From: Balanoglossus misakiensis
Taxonomy: Eukaryota; Animalia; Hemichordata
Assembly: GCA_040954595.2 (NCBI GenBank)
Contig: CM082595.2
Coordinates: 3,395,943 to 3,459,942, forward strand
Direction of reading: 5' to 3'
Length of the DNA: 64,000 bases
Part shown: in pieces, positions 12,278 to 25,500 of the stretch
Position numbering within the stretch: position 1 is the stretch's first letter
Layout: each line of letters begins with the position of its first letter
The notes under the pieces: model-generated
Database searches by the model: none
Told to the model about the DNA's origin: nothing
What the model saw: the letters and a program-made list of their open reading frames with translations, nothing else
Position numbers and translations under genes: made by a program

Positions 12278-14640
12278 GGAGGAAATTTGCATTTGGATTG
12301 AGAATAAATTTTTTTAACAATTCTCTATGCACCAACTGTATGTTTTTCTTCACAACAGTAATACCAGCTAATATTTCATAAAAAATTGTTAAAATCCGTC
12401 ATTTTCATCACTGGTTGCTCAACTGTTGTTGCCATGGCATTTAGTAATTTATTTTCAGGACGATGACCATTTATCAGTTTTGTGATAGATGATTGCATTG
12501 TTCCCATGGCAATACACTGCCTCCTGCCTCACCATGGCAACTAATATTGACTCAGTGGTTCTCTTGGTAAACATGGTATTATTTCATTTGAATAGTGTTA
12601 ACTAGTCTAACAGTAAACCTTCTGAAATGTTATCCAAAGTCATGGCAACTGACCAACTTTTATCAAATTATTATTATAGTGCCTATCATACATTTAAAAT
12701 AAACTTCATTTTTACTAATACTGAAAATTACCACAAATATGTTGTTCACAGGTATTTAACATTTTAGAGGCTGGATGTGTAATTTTTAGACTCATTGAGT
12801 AGTTTTGCAGAAAGTTTGAATGTTTTGCTGGTACTTGGTATGTGTACCTCTCAGGGAAGACAAAATATCTAGGCTAGAGTCAGAGAGAAGCTTGTTCACC
12901 TCTTTGGATAATGGACTGGTCCATCTGAGGAAGCAAGTGGCTTGTACCATTGCAAATGCGAGATACCAAATTTAGGCCTAGCGCAATTTTACAATTCTGT
13001 AGTGAAATGAGCTGCAGTCTTAAACATTTGCAAACTGATTTGAATGTGATCAGAACCAGATATGTCGATGTTGTCATTAAATGCTAAATTTAGCCTGTTT
13101 TGCATTTCAGTCTGGAATTATGAATGACGTTTTGTAAACACTACATATAATGTTACTTGTCTCAACAAGTCTGTTTTCAAAAAAAACTGTTTTTGAAAAT
13201 TCTGGCCTCTTTGATGTTAAAATAACTACCAGGGCAGTCTACAATGCGTAGTGAAAATTGCACGAATTGTGCATTTTCATTGTTTTAGCATTTTGGGGCG
13301 GAAATCTGAATTACATTATCATCTCTCCGAGCTGTTCTCTGGGATTGTTTGTTGCAGCTGTAAATATTTCTTCTTCTTTTTCTATTGAATTAAGGGAGAG
13401 TTCGTAAAATAAAAATAAATTTGCAAGACAGTGCGTTTGTATGTTCTTTTCGAAACTCAGAATAACATTATTTTCACGCATATGAGACTATTTATAGATT
13501 TATTCGATCTAAAATAATCCATGATGCATGTTTCACTTTTGATGAGTTAGCAAATGTACGCCCTCTGTGGCTAGATTTCAAGGAGAAATCTGAGATTCTT
13601 CGCAAGGCATGTTAGAGGTCCCTTTCATGTATTTTATCTGATTTGCAGATGATGAAAACCTGTTGTTTTTGTTTGTTTGTTTGTTTGCTTGCTTGTTTCC
13701 GTACGTATGTAGGCCCGTCATGTGTTCTTCTGTTATCGTTTGTAGTCTTTATAAAGATGATGCATATGTAAGGTAACAAAATATTTCACCATCACAAATA
13801 TCGGATAGCCAATACTGAGATAGACTCAACAGCACGTTCGTAATAATACTATGTAGTATTCTGATGTATAGCTGTATGTGTGATATACGGTATTGCCTTC
13901 GAGATGTAAGCCTGAACTGGCTCTAAGGCAAAGCAGTGTTCCAGTTGTATATACAACGTACATGGTTGACTTACCCCAACGAATCCAAACGTAGCGTCTT
14001 CCTGTGTCCCATCCTATAAGTTGGCACCCTCGACTTTAAGTTGCAGCAAATGAAAGAAAAGTTAAGGTACTCTTGCTAAAAAATAGCACGGAAGAGTATA
14101 AGGATGTCTGAAAAGCAAAAGGGTTACTTTATACGTCCCGTGTTTAAATCTGGGGTGACTGTTTCTTACGCAACGGGAACGCTATATCGATTACACGAAT
14201 CTTCCGAAACCAGTTGGCGGCGACTGAAAGAAGTAAAAGACAAGTCTTGCAGTGGTCTTTGCTATTTTAAACAATCATGTCACATGTAAAATCATTCAAT
14301 AACCGCAGTCAACTATACCATTCCTTGTTTGTATATCAAATTACTTTATTAAGGTAACGATGTCTTGGTACATATTGGCACTTGATTGACGTCCTCAAAA
14401 GTTGAAAGACTTCACTGTATGGAGAACGAACACGTATATACGTCTCATTTTCATTGTGAAAAGTCTTCTTTTGTTATTTTGGAAACGTGGTGGGAAATTT
14501 AAGGGCTTCTTATCCCTAATATGCGTGTTTGTTTGCGTCGGAATTTAAAGAACATGCTACCAATTTTAAATTTGCTTGTACGTGGAAAATTTTAAGGACA
14601 GCTGCAATGGGATCTATCGTTTCTTGGAAACAATTTTTCG

Positions 14641-16685
14641 TTAGTCATAATAGCCGGTGATTTGTTGAAATTTGTCCGAAACTAGTTTAATTTGATTTTG
14701 ACTGTGACTTGTTTCGTCGTCGTACTTAGGCAGTGATGTGCAGTCCTCTAAAAGCCGAAAGACGTCACTGTATGGAAATTCTACTGCGCGACCATCTTCT
14801 TTTGTGAATGCCCACCTCCAGACGACTCCAAGAAGAGTACGGCACAGTGTATTCAAGTTCTGCGTGATCAATTCTCCGCCGCAAGTTCCTGAGTCGGGAT
14901 TGCACGACGACATGCAGTCCGTGAACTCGCCTATGCAGCAGTCGCCGTCGTCGTCACATGACTTGGACTGGAGTTCGCGATTGGCCGCCGCCGCCGGGAA
15001 CAAGGTGTCGAAGTCGATGAGGACCAGTCGCTTCTGTGCGCCGCCTTCGCGACGACGGACGATGACGCCGAAGTTTCCCAAGTGTATGTCGCACATGTGC
15101 AGTCGGACGCCGCGGTAGTCGGCCAAGTCCCGCAAGAGCTTGAACGCCTGGTCCGTCAGCCAGACCATGTCTTGGACGGAGGGGGAGAGCTTCTGTTTGA
15201 AGTTGACGAAATAGTTCCTGGCGAGTGGGTCTGCGACGTGAAGAATATGCTCAGGAATGGCAGAGATGAAGAGATCCGAAATTGGGAGTTGTAGGGTGTC
15301 CAGGAGGTGATCTGTTGTGCCGTATACATCATCAACTGCAATAAAAAAAAATAAAGAAAACAAAAAGAAACATTCTAAGAATGAGCTGTAATATCTGTCA
15401 ACATAATTTCGCAGATTTCGACGGCAATATCTTACAATGACGTGGTAAATGTATGCGTAAGATTGACGAATGTGTAAAAAAAACTACCTGAGAAATCCAC
15501 ACTTTCCACTGCATACACCCCACCACAAAATCCAACAACATCTGAGGTGAAACCACTCTTATGAAGCAGACTCAACATGAAGAACTCCCTGTTTCTCAGG
15601 AGGGTGGCCATGGTAACTGCCTCGACGTCATCGACCCTGCCGTCCGAGTTGGAGTCCGCCAAAGACGTCACTGACGCCAGGTAAGAATCACAAAAGTCGG
15701 CGTTTTCTGTTTCTCTGAGACACAATTTCTTTGCATAGTCTCTGAGCGGGACGGCCTCCGTCGAAGCAGCCCAGAAATCGCCGTACCAGTATGAGTTGAA
15801 CTTGACCACGATGCTCCCAAGGTCCGGCCAATCGAAGAACATCAGAACCTGTTTCCGCGGATTCCCTTCCAAACATTTTCTCCCGGCGTTTGCAAAGTAC
15901 TGGTCGCTACACAACTGGAAGCAAAGGGATCCGGATATTTTGTTCTCCTTCGCCAAACTGCACTGAAAGTGATGCAGAAAAACGAAAGTGTAGTTGGTCA
16001 AATGATGTGTTGTGTTCCTAACCAGTAGGCCTAGAGTTTGAACCTGCCTTGTCTTTTGGTGGCCAATTGGATCAAATACCCAAATGCGACCCCTCTCCTT
16101 GAATATATAGTCAAACCTCTGTTAATGGTCACCTCTGTATAGTGGCCAATTTGTTACAATCTCTGTGCAATTCACATGTGTGTTATTAATTAACCTATAT
16201 ATAAATGCCACCTGTCTATAAAGGCCAGTTTAGGAAAGTCCCTATACTTGCCAATATAGACTGCAGGTTCGACTATAATCAGTTATACCATAGATAGCCG
16301 ACAATATCGAGTAGGCCTATCTATAAATATAATATACTCACGGTGTATATTATGTTCTGGTCACCACATCTGATTTCGTGATCAATGATAATGAAGAGAA
16401 GAAATTGGAGGACTACTATCCAGACGAGAATGCTCAGTAAACCCATAGCATACACACTGATATTACCAAAAGGCTGGGTGACAAACTGGACTTTATACAC
16501 GCCTTCCGGAACTCTGACATAACCTGAGAAATAGGCCTATCCAGTCATAAACAGTACAGTCGCCACTAGCTACTGTAACGTATTAATTAGCGTCAGTATT
16601 ATTAGCTTAGAAAGGGCGTACTCGGCACCATGCGTGTGACATTCGCAGACGCCAGGTCAAACTCCAGTCTAGGTGATGTCGACAT
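14641..16685 (-). CDS. Divergent protein kinase domain 1 (DIPK1/FAM69)-like, ~471 aa
   Basis: Exons (minus) 16622-16685, 16342-16523, 15488-15962, 14641-15335; phases 1,0,1 consistent. N-terminal TM (MGLLSILVWIVVLQFLLFIII), Cys-rich C...ISGSLC..LC, EF-hand-like DSNSDGRVDDVE, GFCG..YAVE, HMCDIHLGNFG, LIDFD and C-terminal C..D.DC...DC...C motif. The first exon is tentative. Confidence 0.85.
16108..16275. mobile_element. Tc1/mariner-pogo-type MITE in DIPK1-like intron
   Basis: TA|TAGTCAAACCT...AGGTTCGACTA|TA termini with TA flanks and internal CACCT(G/C)T..TA sub-repeats. Confidence 0.65.
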
Positions 16686-16995
16686 TGGCAAATGTTTAAC
16701 ACGTCTGCTGTTGATACCAGCTGGGTCAATGGTCAATTTGAACACGGTCGGAAACTTTAAAGTGGCGAAAAGTAACTGTACATGTAGTTCTCGAACTTGA
16801 GTCTTTTGCACACCGAAGCCCTTTAATCATTGTGATTTCTAGATCGAGTTATATAACTTTAAAATTATGAGGAATGCCCCGTACATGTACAATACATGCT
16901 GTAGGTTATCAATGGACCCGGTTTCTTTTGTATTTCCGGGTTTGGTGTAAACAAATAACAAACACACGAACGACGCAGAAGCGGCGTGCGTCAAA
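16686..16995. promoter_or_regulatory. Bidirectional promoter between DIPK1-like and SF3B4
   Basis: Head-to-head start codons ~310 bp apart; ETS-like TTTCCGG near 16933 and YY1-type AAAATGGCGG overlapping the SF3B4 ATG. Confidence 0.6.
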
Positions 16996-19900
16996 ATGGC
17001 GGCCGGTCCAATATCTGAAAGAAACCAAGGTAAACAATGATTTTTTAGGTTTTATTCGCTATTTCTATCATTTCTGGAACGCCGAGCAATATAATGGGGT
17101 ATCGCCACGTTCCTTGACGAGGGGGGAATGGTTCGTGATCAGTAGTCATCGGATATTTGCGTGTTTCACGGAAATTCAGTTTCGGAACGAGACGCGTTTC
17201 ATTTGGAGTGTATGGCTGCATATTTAGTGAACGATAGCTCTGCGTACAGGTCTGTGTGTTCCCGGTGTGGTGGAGGCCGTGTAACGCCAGAAACACACAG
17301 AGAGACCTGTACGCAGAGCTAAGCAAACGCTGGCTTGCCGAGCTTGTTCAATCTAGGCATCCTAATGCCCCTTTTGTTGTTGTGTGTGTGTGTAGTACAT
17401 GTACACTGTACATTTCACAGTATGGTAGCTCTGCGTGGCAGGGTTGTGTTGTTACGGCGAGCCCTCCACCGTAACAACACAGCCCTGCCACGCAGAGCTA
17501 ACAGTATGGTAGCCTGGCCCCATACCAGTGTGTTTTAGATAAAACCATGAAAGTAAGAAGTACCTCCATGATATAACACACTGGTATGGGGACAGGCTAA
17601 CAGTATGGGTACATGGCCTGAAGCAAAGAAATTGTAATAATAGCTCAACCTAACCCGTACTCTTCCAGATGCCACGGTGTATGTTGGTGGTCTAGATGAG
17701 AAAGTGTCAGAAGCATTACTATGGGAACTCTTCCTACAATCAGGACCCGTGGGTGAGTTATAATATTTAATAGAGTTTAGAGCAATTTTAACTGAGGGAT
17801 AGTCCACTTTCTACGGGGTAGATTAGCATTCATAAACTATATAGGTATATGTAATGCATGGCTACTGTAAATTTATCAGATATTTGACCTGTAAATTACT
17901 ATTTTGAATGTATGCATTTATTGGCTACCTGTTTGATATTTCAGTGAACACCCACATGCCAAAAGACAGGGTAACACAACAACATCAAGGTTACGGATTT
18001 GTAGAATTCCTGGGGGAAGAAGATGCAGACTACGCCATCAAAATCATGAATATGATCAAACTTTACGGTAAACCAATCAGAGTAAATAAGGTGAGCGCCA
18101 ACCCTTGTAACTAACCAATCAGAAGCAAGGAAACATTTGTTTGGTTTAATAACAAAGACCCTGGTTGGTCTGTTTAATCAAGAATTCTGAGACAGCCAAT
18201 TATTGTCAATGATCAATTGATCTTTTTTGTGCTGGTTCAATAACCATGATTATATATAAATTTCCTATGGAGGCTGCAAATGGTACATGTTTCCATTGGT
18301 CTTCTTTGAAATTAAAGAAATTATGTATGTACTTAAATTGTTGTTTCTTACAGGCATCAGCACATCAGAAGAATTTAGATGTAGGAGCAAACATATTTAT
18401 TGGTAATTTAGATCCAGAGATTGATGAGAAGTTGCTTTATGACACGTTCAGTGCATTTGGTGTTATACTCCAAACACCTAAAGTAAGTTGGTTTACAGAA
18501 TTTAGTTTTTGTTGTTGCTGTCAGTCAGTGACTGCTGATATTATAGTCTTTACTTGTCCACGGTGTGTTGTTGTGTGAACCTGATAAAAGCAAAAATCTT
18601 TCAGATGTTACAAACACTGTCTCGATAACGCCTCTGTCACTTTACGATCATCATTTGCAGATAATGAGAGATACAGAGACGGGTAATTCCAAGGGTTACG
18701 CTTTCATCAACTTTGCAAGTTTTGAGACGTCGGACGCCGCCATCGAGGCCATGAATGGGCAGTATCTCTGCAATCGACCAATCACGATATCGTACGCGTT
18801 TAAAAAGGACTCCAAGGGAGAGAGGCACGGGTCGGCAGCTGGTGAGTGTTCTGATTGGTCAATCACTTTGTGGGGGTTGTCACTTCAATTCTGGCTCCCT
18901 TTTCTGTTGTGACGTTTTCATGAAAAAAATTAGTCAGAATTTTAACCTGAACAGTGGTTTTGTATTTTGTCCCAACAAGACACATGACCACCTGTCAGAT
19001 GGCCCAATTTTTGTCGTGATTTCTCATGTTCACGATGTCTAGTCGATGTAGAATCTTTTGTGTTCTGCTTGTGAATATTCACCGAATCTGTCTCATACAA
19101 CCCACGTTCTTGTCTTTATCACAGAGAGGTTACTGGCAGCGCAAAATCCGTTATCACAGGCAGACAGGCCTCACCAATTGTTTGCCGACGCCCCACCAAC
19201 GTCACAGCCCTCGGATGGGGCACCATCAAGTTCAGCGCAATCATCACTGCCACCCCCTCCACCTCCAGGGCCTGGCATGTCACAAGGTAAACCATAATCT
19301 CTCGAGTACAGACAGTGCCAGAAATTCCTTCAAGTATTTTAAATTAAGTCTTTCTCACTTGTCTGTCATAGTACACATCAATGGAGCCATTAGTTAAATA
19401 CTGCTTGTTCATTTCTCTCCCCACCACAGGTGGTATGCATCCACACCACAATTCCGGAGGAATGGGTGGAATGCCGCCACCAGGAATGCCCCCTCCACCA
19501 CCGGGAGGTATGCCCCCGATGCCCATGCCGCCCGGAATGCATCCCGGAATGCCACCGCCAATGGGAATGCCCCCTCTTCCGGTACCGCCCCCGCCAATGC
19601 AGCATCCGGGCGGAGACATGCAGGATCCCCGGATGATGAACCAAATGCAAGGCCAGATGGGTGAGTACTGTTAAGTGCTAATTCCCAGGTTACACAGCAT
19701 CTAATCTGTTGCTTCTAATAAACCAAAATAGGCCTCATACAAATGCTCTGTTGTTCGCCCGGCACTGCACTTCCCCTTTAAGGAAATACCAAACACAATC
19801 CAGCTTTAATAGCTGCCGTATTGTTTTCAGTATGTTGATAGATTCAGTCTAGAAAATAAGTTAAATAAGTTTGGTTTGAAAGAAAAGACAATCACTTCCA

Positions 19901-20720
19901 CACACACACGCACTGGCACACACACATACATACACACGCATACATACACACACACATACATACTGATACGTACGTACACACGTTCACACACACATGATGG
20001 TAAGACTGCAGTGTGTACATTGGTTGATTAGTGTACTGCTGTGCTACTTTCTGTCATTTCAAAAACACATTCCACTGTAATAACATGCCTCTTTGTCTTG
20101 TGCAGGACCACCCCCACCTGGACTGCCACCACCAGGAATGTTCCCTCCGATGATGGACGGTCCGCCCAGATACGGACAGCTTCCGCCGCCCAGACCTCCA
20201 CCATTTGGCGGTACGTATATTCCCCATCACTGTTCTCACCAGTCTGCTGTTACTTAGTTACCGTCTCCATATACTGATGTGAATAGGCTAGCAAACAAAG
20301 GCTGCTGACTAGCACTATCATGTACCCAATCCAGTCTATTGTCTCATTTTGATACAATGATGAATGGGTGTGACTTGCGACATGCATAAATATAAGTAAC
20401 GAGTATGATATTAATGAAAACAAATACTACCTGTTTCGCGTTTACTTGACTTTCACTTGTTTTGTTGATGACACAATCAGGCTTCTCTGTGCCAAGCTCA
20501 TCACAAAATTGTGTTCTCACTGAAGATCTTGCCCTGACATTCTTGAAGAAACATCTCATGTATTCTTGTCATCTTCACCGTTGAAAATCAATAATTTTTT
20601 GCGGTTTATTGTTTTACAGGTCCACCTCGTGGTCCCCCGCCCCGTGGCTTCCGACCCCCTCCCCCGATGCCGCGTGGTGCCACTGGACACAGGCCCCCTC
20701 CCCCTCCTCCAAGACGGTGA
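16996..20720 (+). CDS. SF3B4: Splicing factor 3B subunit 4 (SAP49), 390 aa
   Basis: Nine exons 16996-17029, 17669-17752, 17945-18090, 18354-18482, 18661-18841, 19125-19286, 19430-19660, 20106-20210, 20620-20720 with consistent phases. [24 protein letters not shown] start, two RRMs, [18 protein letters not shown] and a Pro/Gly/Met-rich tail. Confidence 0.98.
17235..17321. mobile_element. 87-bp TAG...CTA foldback mini-element with degenerate 9-bp TSD
   Basis: Perfect 19-bp TIR TAGCTCTGCGTACAGGTCT; flanks AGTGAACGA / AGCAAACGC (6 of 9 identical). Confidence 0.75.
17426..17500. mobile_element. 75-bp TAG...CTA foldback mini-element A
   Basis: 32-bp TIR (1 mismatch) TAGCTCTGCGTGGCAGGG.TGTGTTGTTACGG with 11-bp loop; flanked by ACAGTATGG at 17417-17425 and 17501-17509. 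Confidence 0.88.
17510..17599. mobile_element. 90-bp TAG...CTA foldback mini-element B
   Basis: 25-bp TIR (1 mismatch) TAGCCTG.CCCCATACCAGTGTGTT; flanked by ACAGTATGG at 17501-17509 and 17600-17608. Confidence 0.88.
19897..19995. repeat. Imperfect (CA)n/(CATA)n microsatellite in SF3B4 intron 7
   Basis: Visible CA/CATA run. Confidence 0.8.
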
Positions 20721-22010
20721 TACCGCGAGCCATTGTTACCAGTTTGTAGCTTGAAATGTCAAATGTGAGTCCAACATAGAACCCTTGATGTGAACAGTTG
20801 CTGGAGAGACATTAACAGTTTTTTATCACGTATACCCATGTCAGTAAGTGCATTCGTAGGAACTGGTTTTAGTTTGAAAGTAAACTCACGAAAAAACGGG
20901 ACTTTGAATCTTCACCAGAACAACAATCTAGGCACACTATTCTGTACTGTACATAGGAAGTATGTCATTCCATTTTCTTAACAGAGCCTGAGTTTGGAAA
21001 AACTTTTAATACTGTTATTTTTCAGAAACTTTCATAGAGTTAAGTCTCAGACGAGACAATCTTTGTTTCCAAAATTCTCTTTTGCTCTTGAACAGAAAAA
21101 TTACGACGTTTGACACTGCAACCTTTGAATCGAGATGAATTTTTAAACCGTTAACAGTCAGGCAGTTTAATAATTCTCCTGTGAAGACATGCCGTATGCA
21201 GTTTCTGTGCAAACCTCCCAACTTTTCAAGATTTTTCGTTTTGATCTTTTTTTTTTATCAAATTCTGGGAGAATTCTGCTTTTGTTGATCAGCTTGTGTA
21301 ATTTAAGTTTCTGCTTTTCAGCAATCTGACATCAGAAATGTTTGTTATGCTGAGGCAAGTTAGTTCACTTGTTACTTCTGTAAAATCTTGCGAGTTTGCA
21401 GGAAACGGAAACAAATGATGTGCTTTGAATTTGAAACTGTAAACTTATTTTGAGAGTAAATGTTTTTGCTCAATGTTTTGTAAGAAAAAGGGTTGGTTAA
21501 TCCTACCACAAGAGAATAAATATTCAAAGGAAAGGCTATGCCTAAGAGTAGGCGTGTTTTTGTGTGTGTGTGTGTGTGTCGAAATTATTACTCTGAGTGA
21601 CCAAACTCCAAAGATTGCTAGGAGCAAATTTTGGATGTTTTTGCGGGTTCAAGAAAATGTCTGAAACATTCGCTTGATTGCTTTGATGTTTGGTGTTGAT
21701 GTTCCTGGCGGTGGCCTTGGTCTGATTTTTTTAAACTGGTGAAATTCAATTTTTATCATCTTCTGATTGCTTTGAAACCACTGGACAGTTTGTGTCCCTT
21801 TTAGTTCAAAAGATATGTGAAACTGCCAGTCTGATTGTTCGATAATTTGTCCAAATTGTGACGAAATGGTTTGTGATAAAAAATGGTCAGAAATACCTCA
21901 GTACATTTACTTATTCGAAAATTCTGTTGGTGCTGAAGTTGATGGTGCACAGTATAGAGTTACTTCGAGAGATTTATTAAATCTCCCGCTTGGTGGCGTG
22001 TTTCCATGTG

Positions 22011-22066
22011 TCCCATAATGCACTGTGATTTTCCAAGATGGCGTCAACAAATTGGTACAACCGGAA
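22011..22066 (+). promoter_or_regulatory. Promoter-like motif cluster (ZNF143/Staf, YY1, ETS)
   Basis: TCCCATAATGCACTGTG (22011-22027), CAAGATGGCG (22034-22043), CCGGAA (22061-22066); a strong donor AG|GTAAGA follows at 22253. Confidence 0.5.
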
Positions 22067-22534
22067 ACGTCTTTAAACGCTCACTTTACAACTGGATTTC
22101 CCACTGTCGTCGTTCTCCTTGTGGTCAAAATGCACCAGAGTATGTTTTGTGATGAATTATTAGTGACTGGTTTCACGTAATGGAGTGGTACTGTCAACAT
22201 GACAAAACAATATGGCGGCGCCCATGGACAACACGTGCAACTTCATGTCCAGGTAAGATACAGAAGAGTACAGCAATTCCATTCCATTCCTATACAATAG
22301 TTTAAGCGCTCGCTAATGTATAACCTGCATAGGCTTTATAATATTAAGTGCTAGACTTGTCAAGGGGCCTTCGGCTACTCTCGCCACCAGGCTAGAATTT
22401 TATTATGCAATGATGACGTCACATAGCGTAGCGACCATCAGGTTGAACCATCAGTGGTAGTTCCGTGGTTGAACATAAAGAAACGCATGATTTGCTGCTG
22501 TGATGAAAAATTGACATATTCCCAACTTTACGAA

Positions 22535-25500
22535 TTTTGGTGATGTTGTCATTTTGGGACATTTTTCATGGGTTATAGCTCATGAAAATTGTCAAAAATG
22601 GCAAATTCTTGACTTTGCCAACTTTGGTAACTTTGTCATTTTGGGACATTTTTCATGGGTTATAGCTAATGAAAATCGTCAAAACTGGCAAATTCTTGAC
22701 TTTGCCAACTTTGGTGATTTTGTCATTTTGGGACATTTTTCATGGGTTATAGATCATAAAAATCGTCAAATTCTTGACTTTGCCAACTTTGGTGATTTTT
22801 AATGGGTTATAACTCATGAAAATCGTCAAAACTGGCAAATTCTTGACTTTGCCAACTTTGGTGATTTTGTCATTCTGGGACATTTTTCGTGGGTTATAGC
22901 TCATGAAAATCGTCAAAACTGGCAAATTCTTGACTTTGCAAACTTTGGTGATTTTGACATTTTTCATGGGTTATAGCTCATGAAAATCATCAAAAATGGC
23001 AAATTCTTGACTTTGCCAACTTTGGTGACTTAGTCATTTTGGGACATTTTTCATGGGTTATAGCTCATGAAAATCGTCAAAACTAGCATATTCTTGACTT
23101 TGCAAACTTTGTCATTTTGCGACATTTTTCATGGGTTATAGCTCATGAAAATCGTCAAAAATGGCATATTCTTGACTTTGCAAATTTTGTCATTTTGGGA
23201 CATTTTTCATGGGTTATAGCTCATGAAAATCGTCAAAACTGGCAAATTCTTAACTTTGCCAACTTTGGGGATTTTTCATGGGTTATAACTCATGAAAATC
23301 GTCAAAAATGGCAAATTCTTGACTTTGCCAACTTTGGTGATTTTGTCATTCTGGGACATTTTTCGTGGGTTATAGCTCATGAAAATCATCAAAAATGGCA
23401 TATTCTTGACTTTGCAAATTTTGTCATTTTGGGACATTTTTCATGGGTTATAGCTCATGAAAATTGTCAAAAATGGCAAATTCTTGACTTTGCCAACTTT
23501 GGTGACTTTGTCATTTTGGGACATTTTTCGTGGGTTATAGCTCATGAAAATCGTCAAAACTGGCAAATTCTTGACTTTGCAAACTTCGGTGATTTTGGCA
23601 TTTTTCATGGGTTATAGCTCATGAAAATCGTCAAAAATGGCAAATTCTTGACTTTGCCAACTTTGGTGACTTTGTCATTTTGGGACGTTTTTCATGGGTT
23701 ATAGCTCATGAAAATTGTCAAAAATGGCAAATTCTTGACTTTGCCAACTTTGGTGATTTTGTCATTTTGAGACGTTTTTCATGGGTTATAGCTCATGAAA
23801 ATTGTCAAAAATGGCAAATTCTTGACTTTGCCAACTTTGGTGATTTTGTCATTTTGGCATTTTTCATGGGTTATAGCTCATGAAAATTGTCAAAAATGGC
23901 AAATTCTTGACTTTGCCAACCTTGGTGATTTTGTCATTTTGGGACATTTTTCATGGGTTATAGCTCATGAAAATTGTCAAAAATGGCAAATTCTTGACTT
24001 TGCCAACTTTGGTATTTTTGTCATTTTGGGACGTTTTTCATGGGTTATAGCTCATGAAAATTGTCAAAAATGGCAAATTCTTGACTTTGCCAACTTTGGT
24101 GATTTTGTCATTTTGGGACATTTTTCATGGGTTATAGCTCATGAAAATTGTCAAAAATGGCAAATTCTTGACTTTGCCAACTTTGGTGATTTTGTCATTT
24201 TGGGACATTTTTCATGGGTTATAGCTAATGAAAATCGTCAAAACTGGCAAATTCTTGACTTTGCCAACTTTGGTGATTTTGTCATTTTGGGACATTTTTC
24301 ATGGGTTATAGATCATAAAAATCGTCAAATTCTTGACTTTGCCAACTTTGGTGATTTTTAATGGGTTATAACTCATGAAAATCGTCAAAACTGGCAAATT
24401 CTTGACTTTGCCAACTTTGGTGATTTTGTCATTCTGGGACATTTTTCGTGGGTTATAGCTCATGAAAATCGTCAAAACTGGCAAATTCTTGACTTTGCAA
24501 ACTTTGGTGATTTTGACATTTTTCATGGGTTATAGCTCATGAAAATCATCAAAAATGGCAAATTCTTGACTTTGCCAACTTTGGTGACTTAGTCATTTTG
24601 GGACATTTTTCATGGGTTATAGCTCATGAAAATCGTCAAAACTAGCATATTCTTGACTTTGCAAACTTTGTCATTTTGCGACATTTTTCATGGGTTATAG
24701 CTCATGAAAATCGTCAAAAATGGCATATTCTTGACTTTGCAAATTTTGTCATTTTGGGACATTTTTCATGGGTTATAGCTCATGAAAATCGTCAAAACTG
24801 GCAAATTCTTAACTTTGCCAACTTTGGGGATTTTTCATGGGTTATAACTCATGAAAATCGTCAAAAATGGCAAATTCTTGACTTTGCCAACTTTGGTGAT
24901 TTTGTCATTCTGGGACATTTTTCGTGGGTTATAGCTCATGAAAATCATCAAAAATGGCATATTCTTGACTTTGCAAATTTTGTCATTTTGGGACATTTTT
25001 CATGGGTTATAGCTCATGAAAATTGTCAAAAATGGCAAATTCTTGACTTTGCCAACTTTGGTGACTTTGTCATTTTGGGACATTTTTCGTGGGTTATAGC
25101 TCATGAAAATCGTCAAAACTGGCAAATTCTTGACTTTGCAAACTTCGGTGATTTTGGCATTTTTCATGGGTTATAGCTCATGAAAATCGTCAAAAATGGC
25201 AAATTCTTGACTTTGCCAACTTTGGTGACTTTGTCATTTTGGGACGTTTTTCATGGGTTATAGCTCATGAAAATTGTCAAAAATGGCAAATTCTTGACTT
25301 TGCCAACTTTGGTGATTTTGTCATTTTGAGACGTTTTTCATTTTGGCATTTTTCATGGGTTATAGCTCATGAAAATCGTCAAAAATGGCAAATTCTTGAC
25401 TTTGCCAACTTTGGTGACTTTGTCATTTTGGGACGTTTTTCATGGGTTATAGCTCATGAAAATTGTCAAAAATGGCAAATTCTTGACTTTGCCAACTTTG

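Noticed and set aside
17417-17608. True CRISPR array
   Set aside because: Repeats are only 9 bp and the inserts are TIR hairpins; interpreted as TSDs plus transposons. The resemblance is geometric only.
18903-18953. C/D-box snoRNA-like segment in an SF3B4 intron
   Set aside because: Poor C box (GTGACGT) and too short; no tRNA, rRNA or snRNA was recognised anywhere in the window.
22352-22394. Short TAGACTTGT...ACCAGGCTA segment as another TAG...CTA element
   Set aside because: Only 7 of 9 terminal symmetry and no TSD (ATTAAGTGC versus GAATTTTAT).
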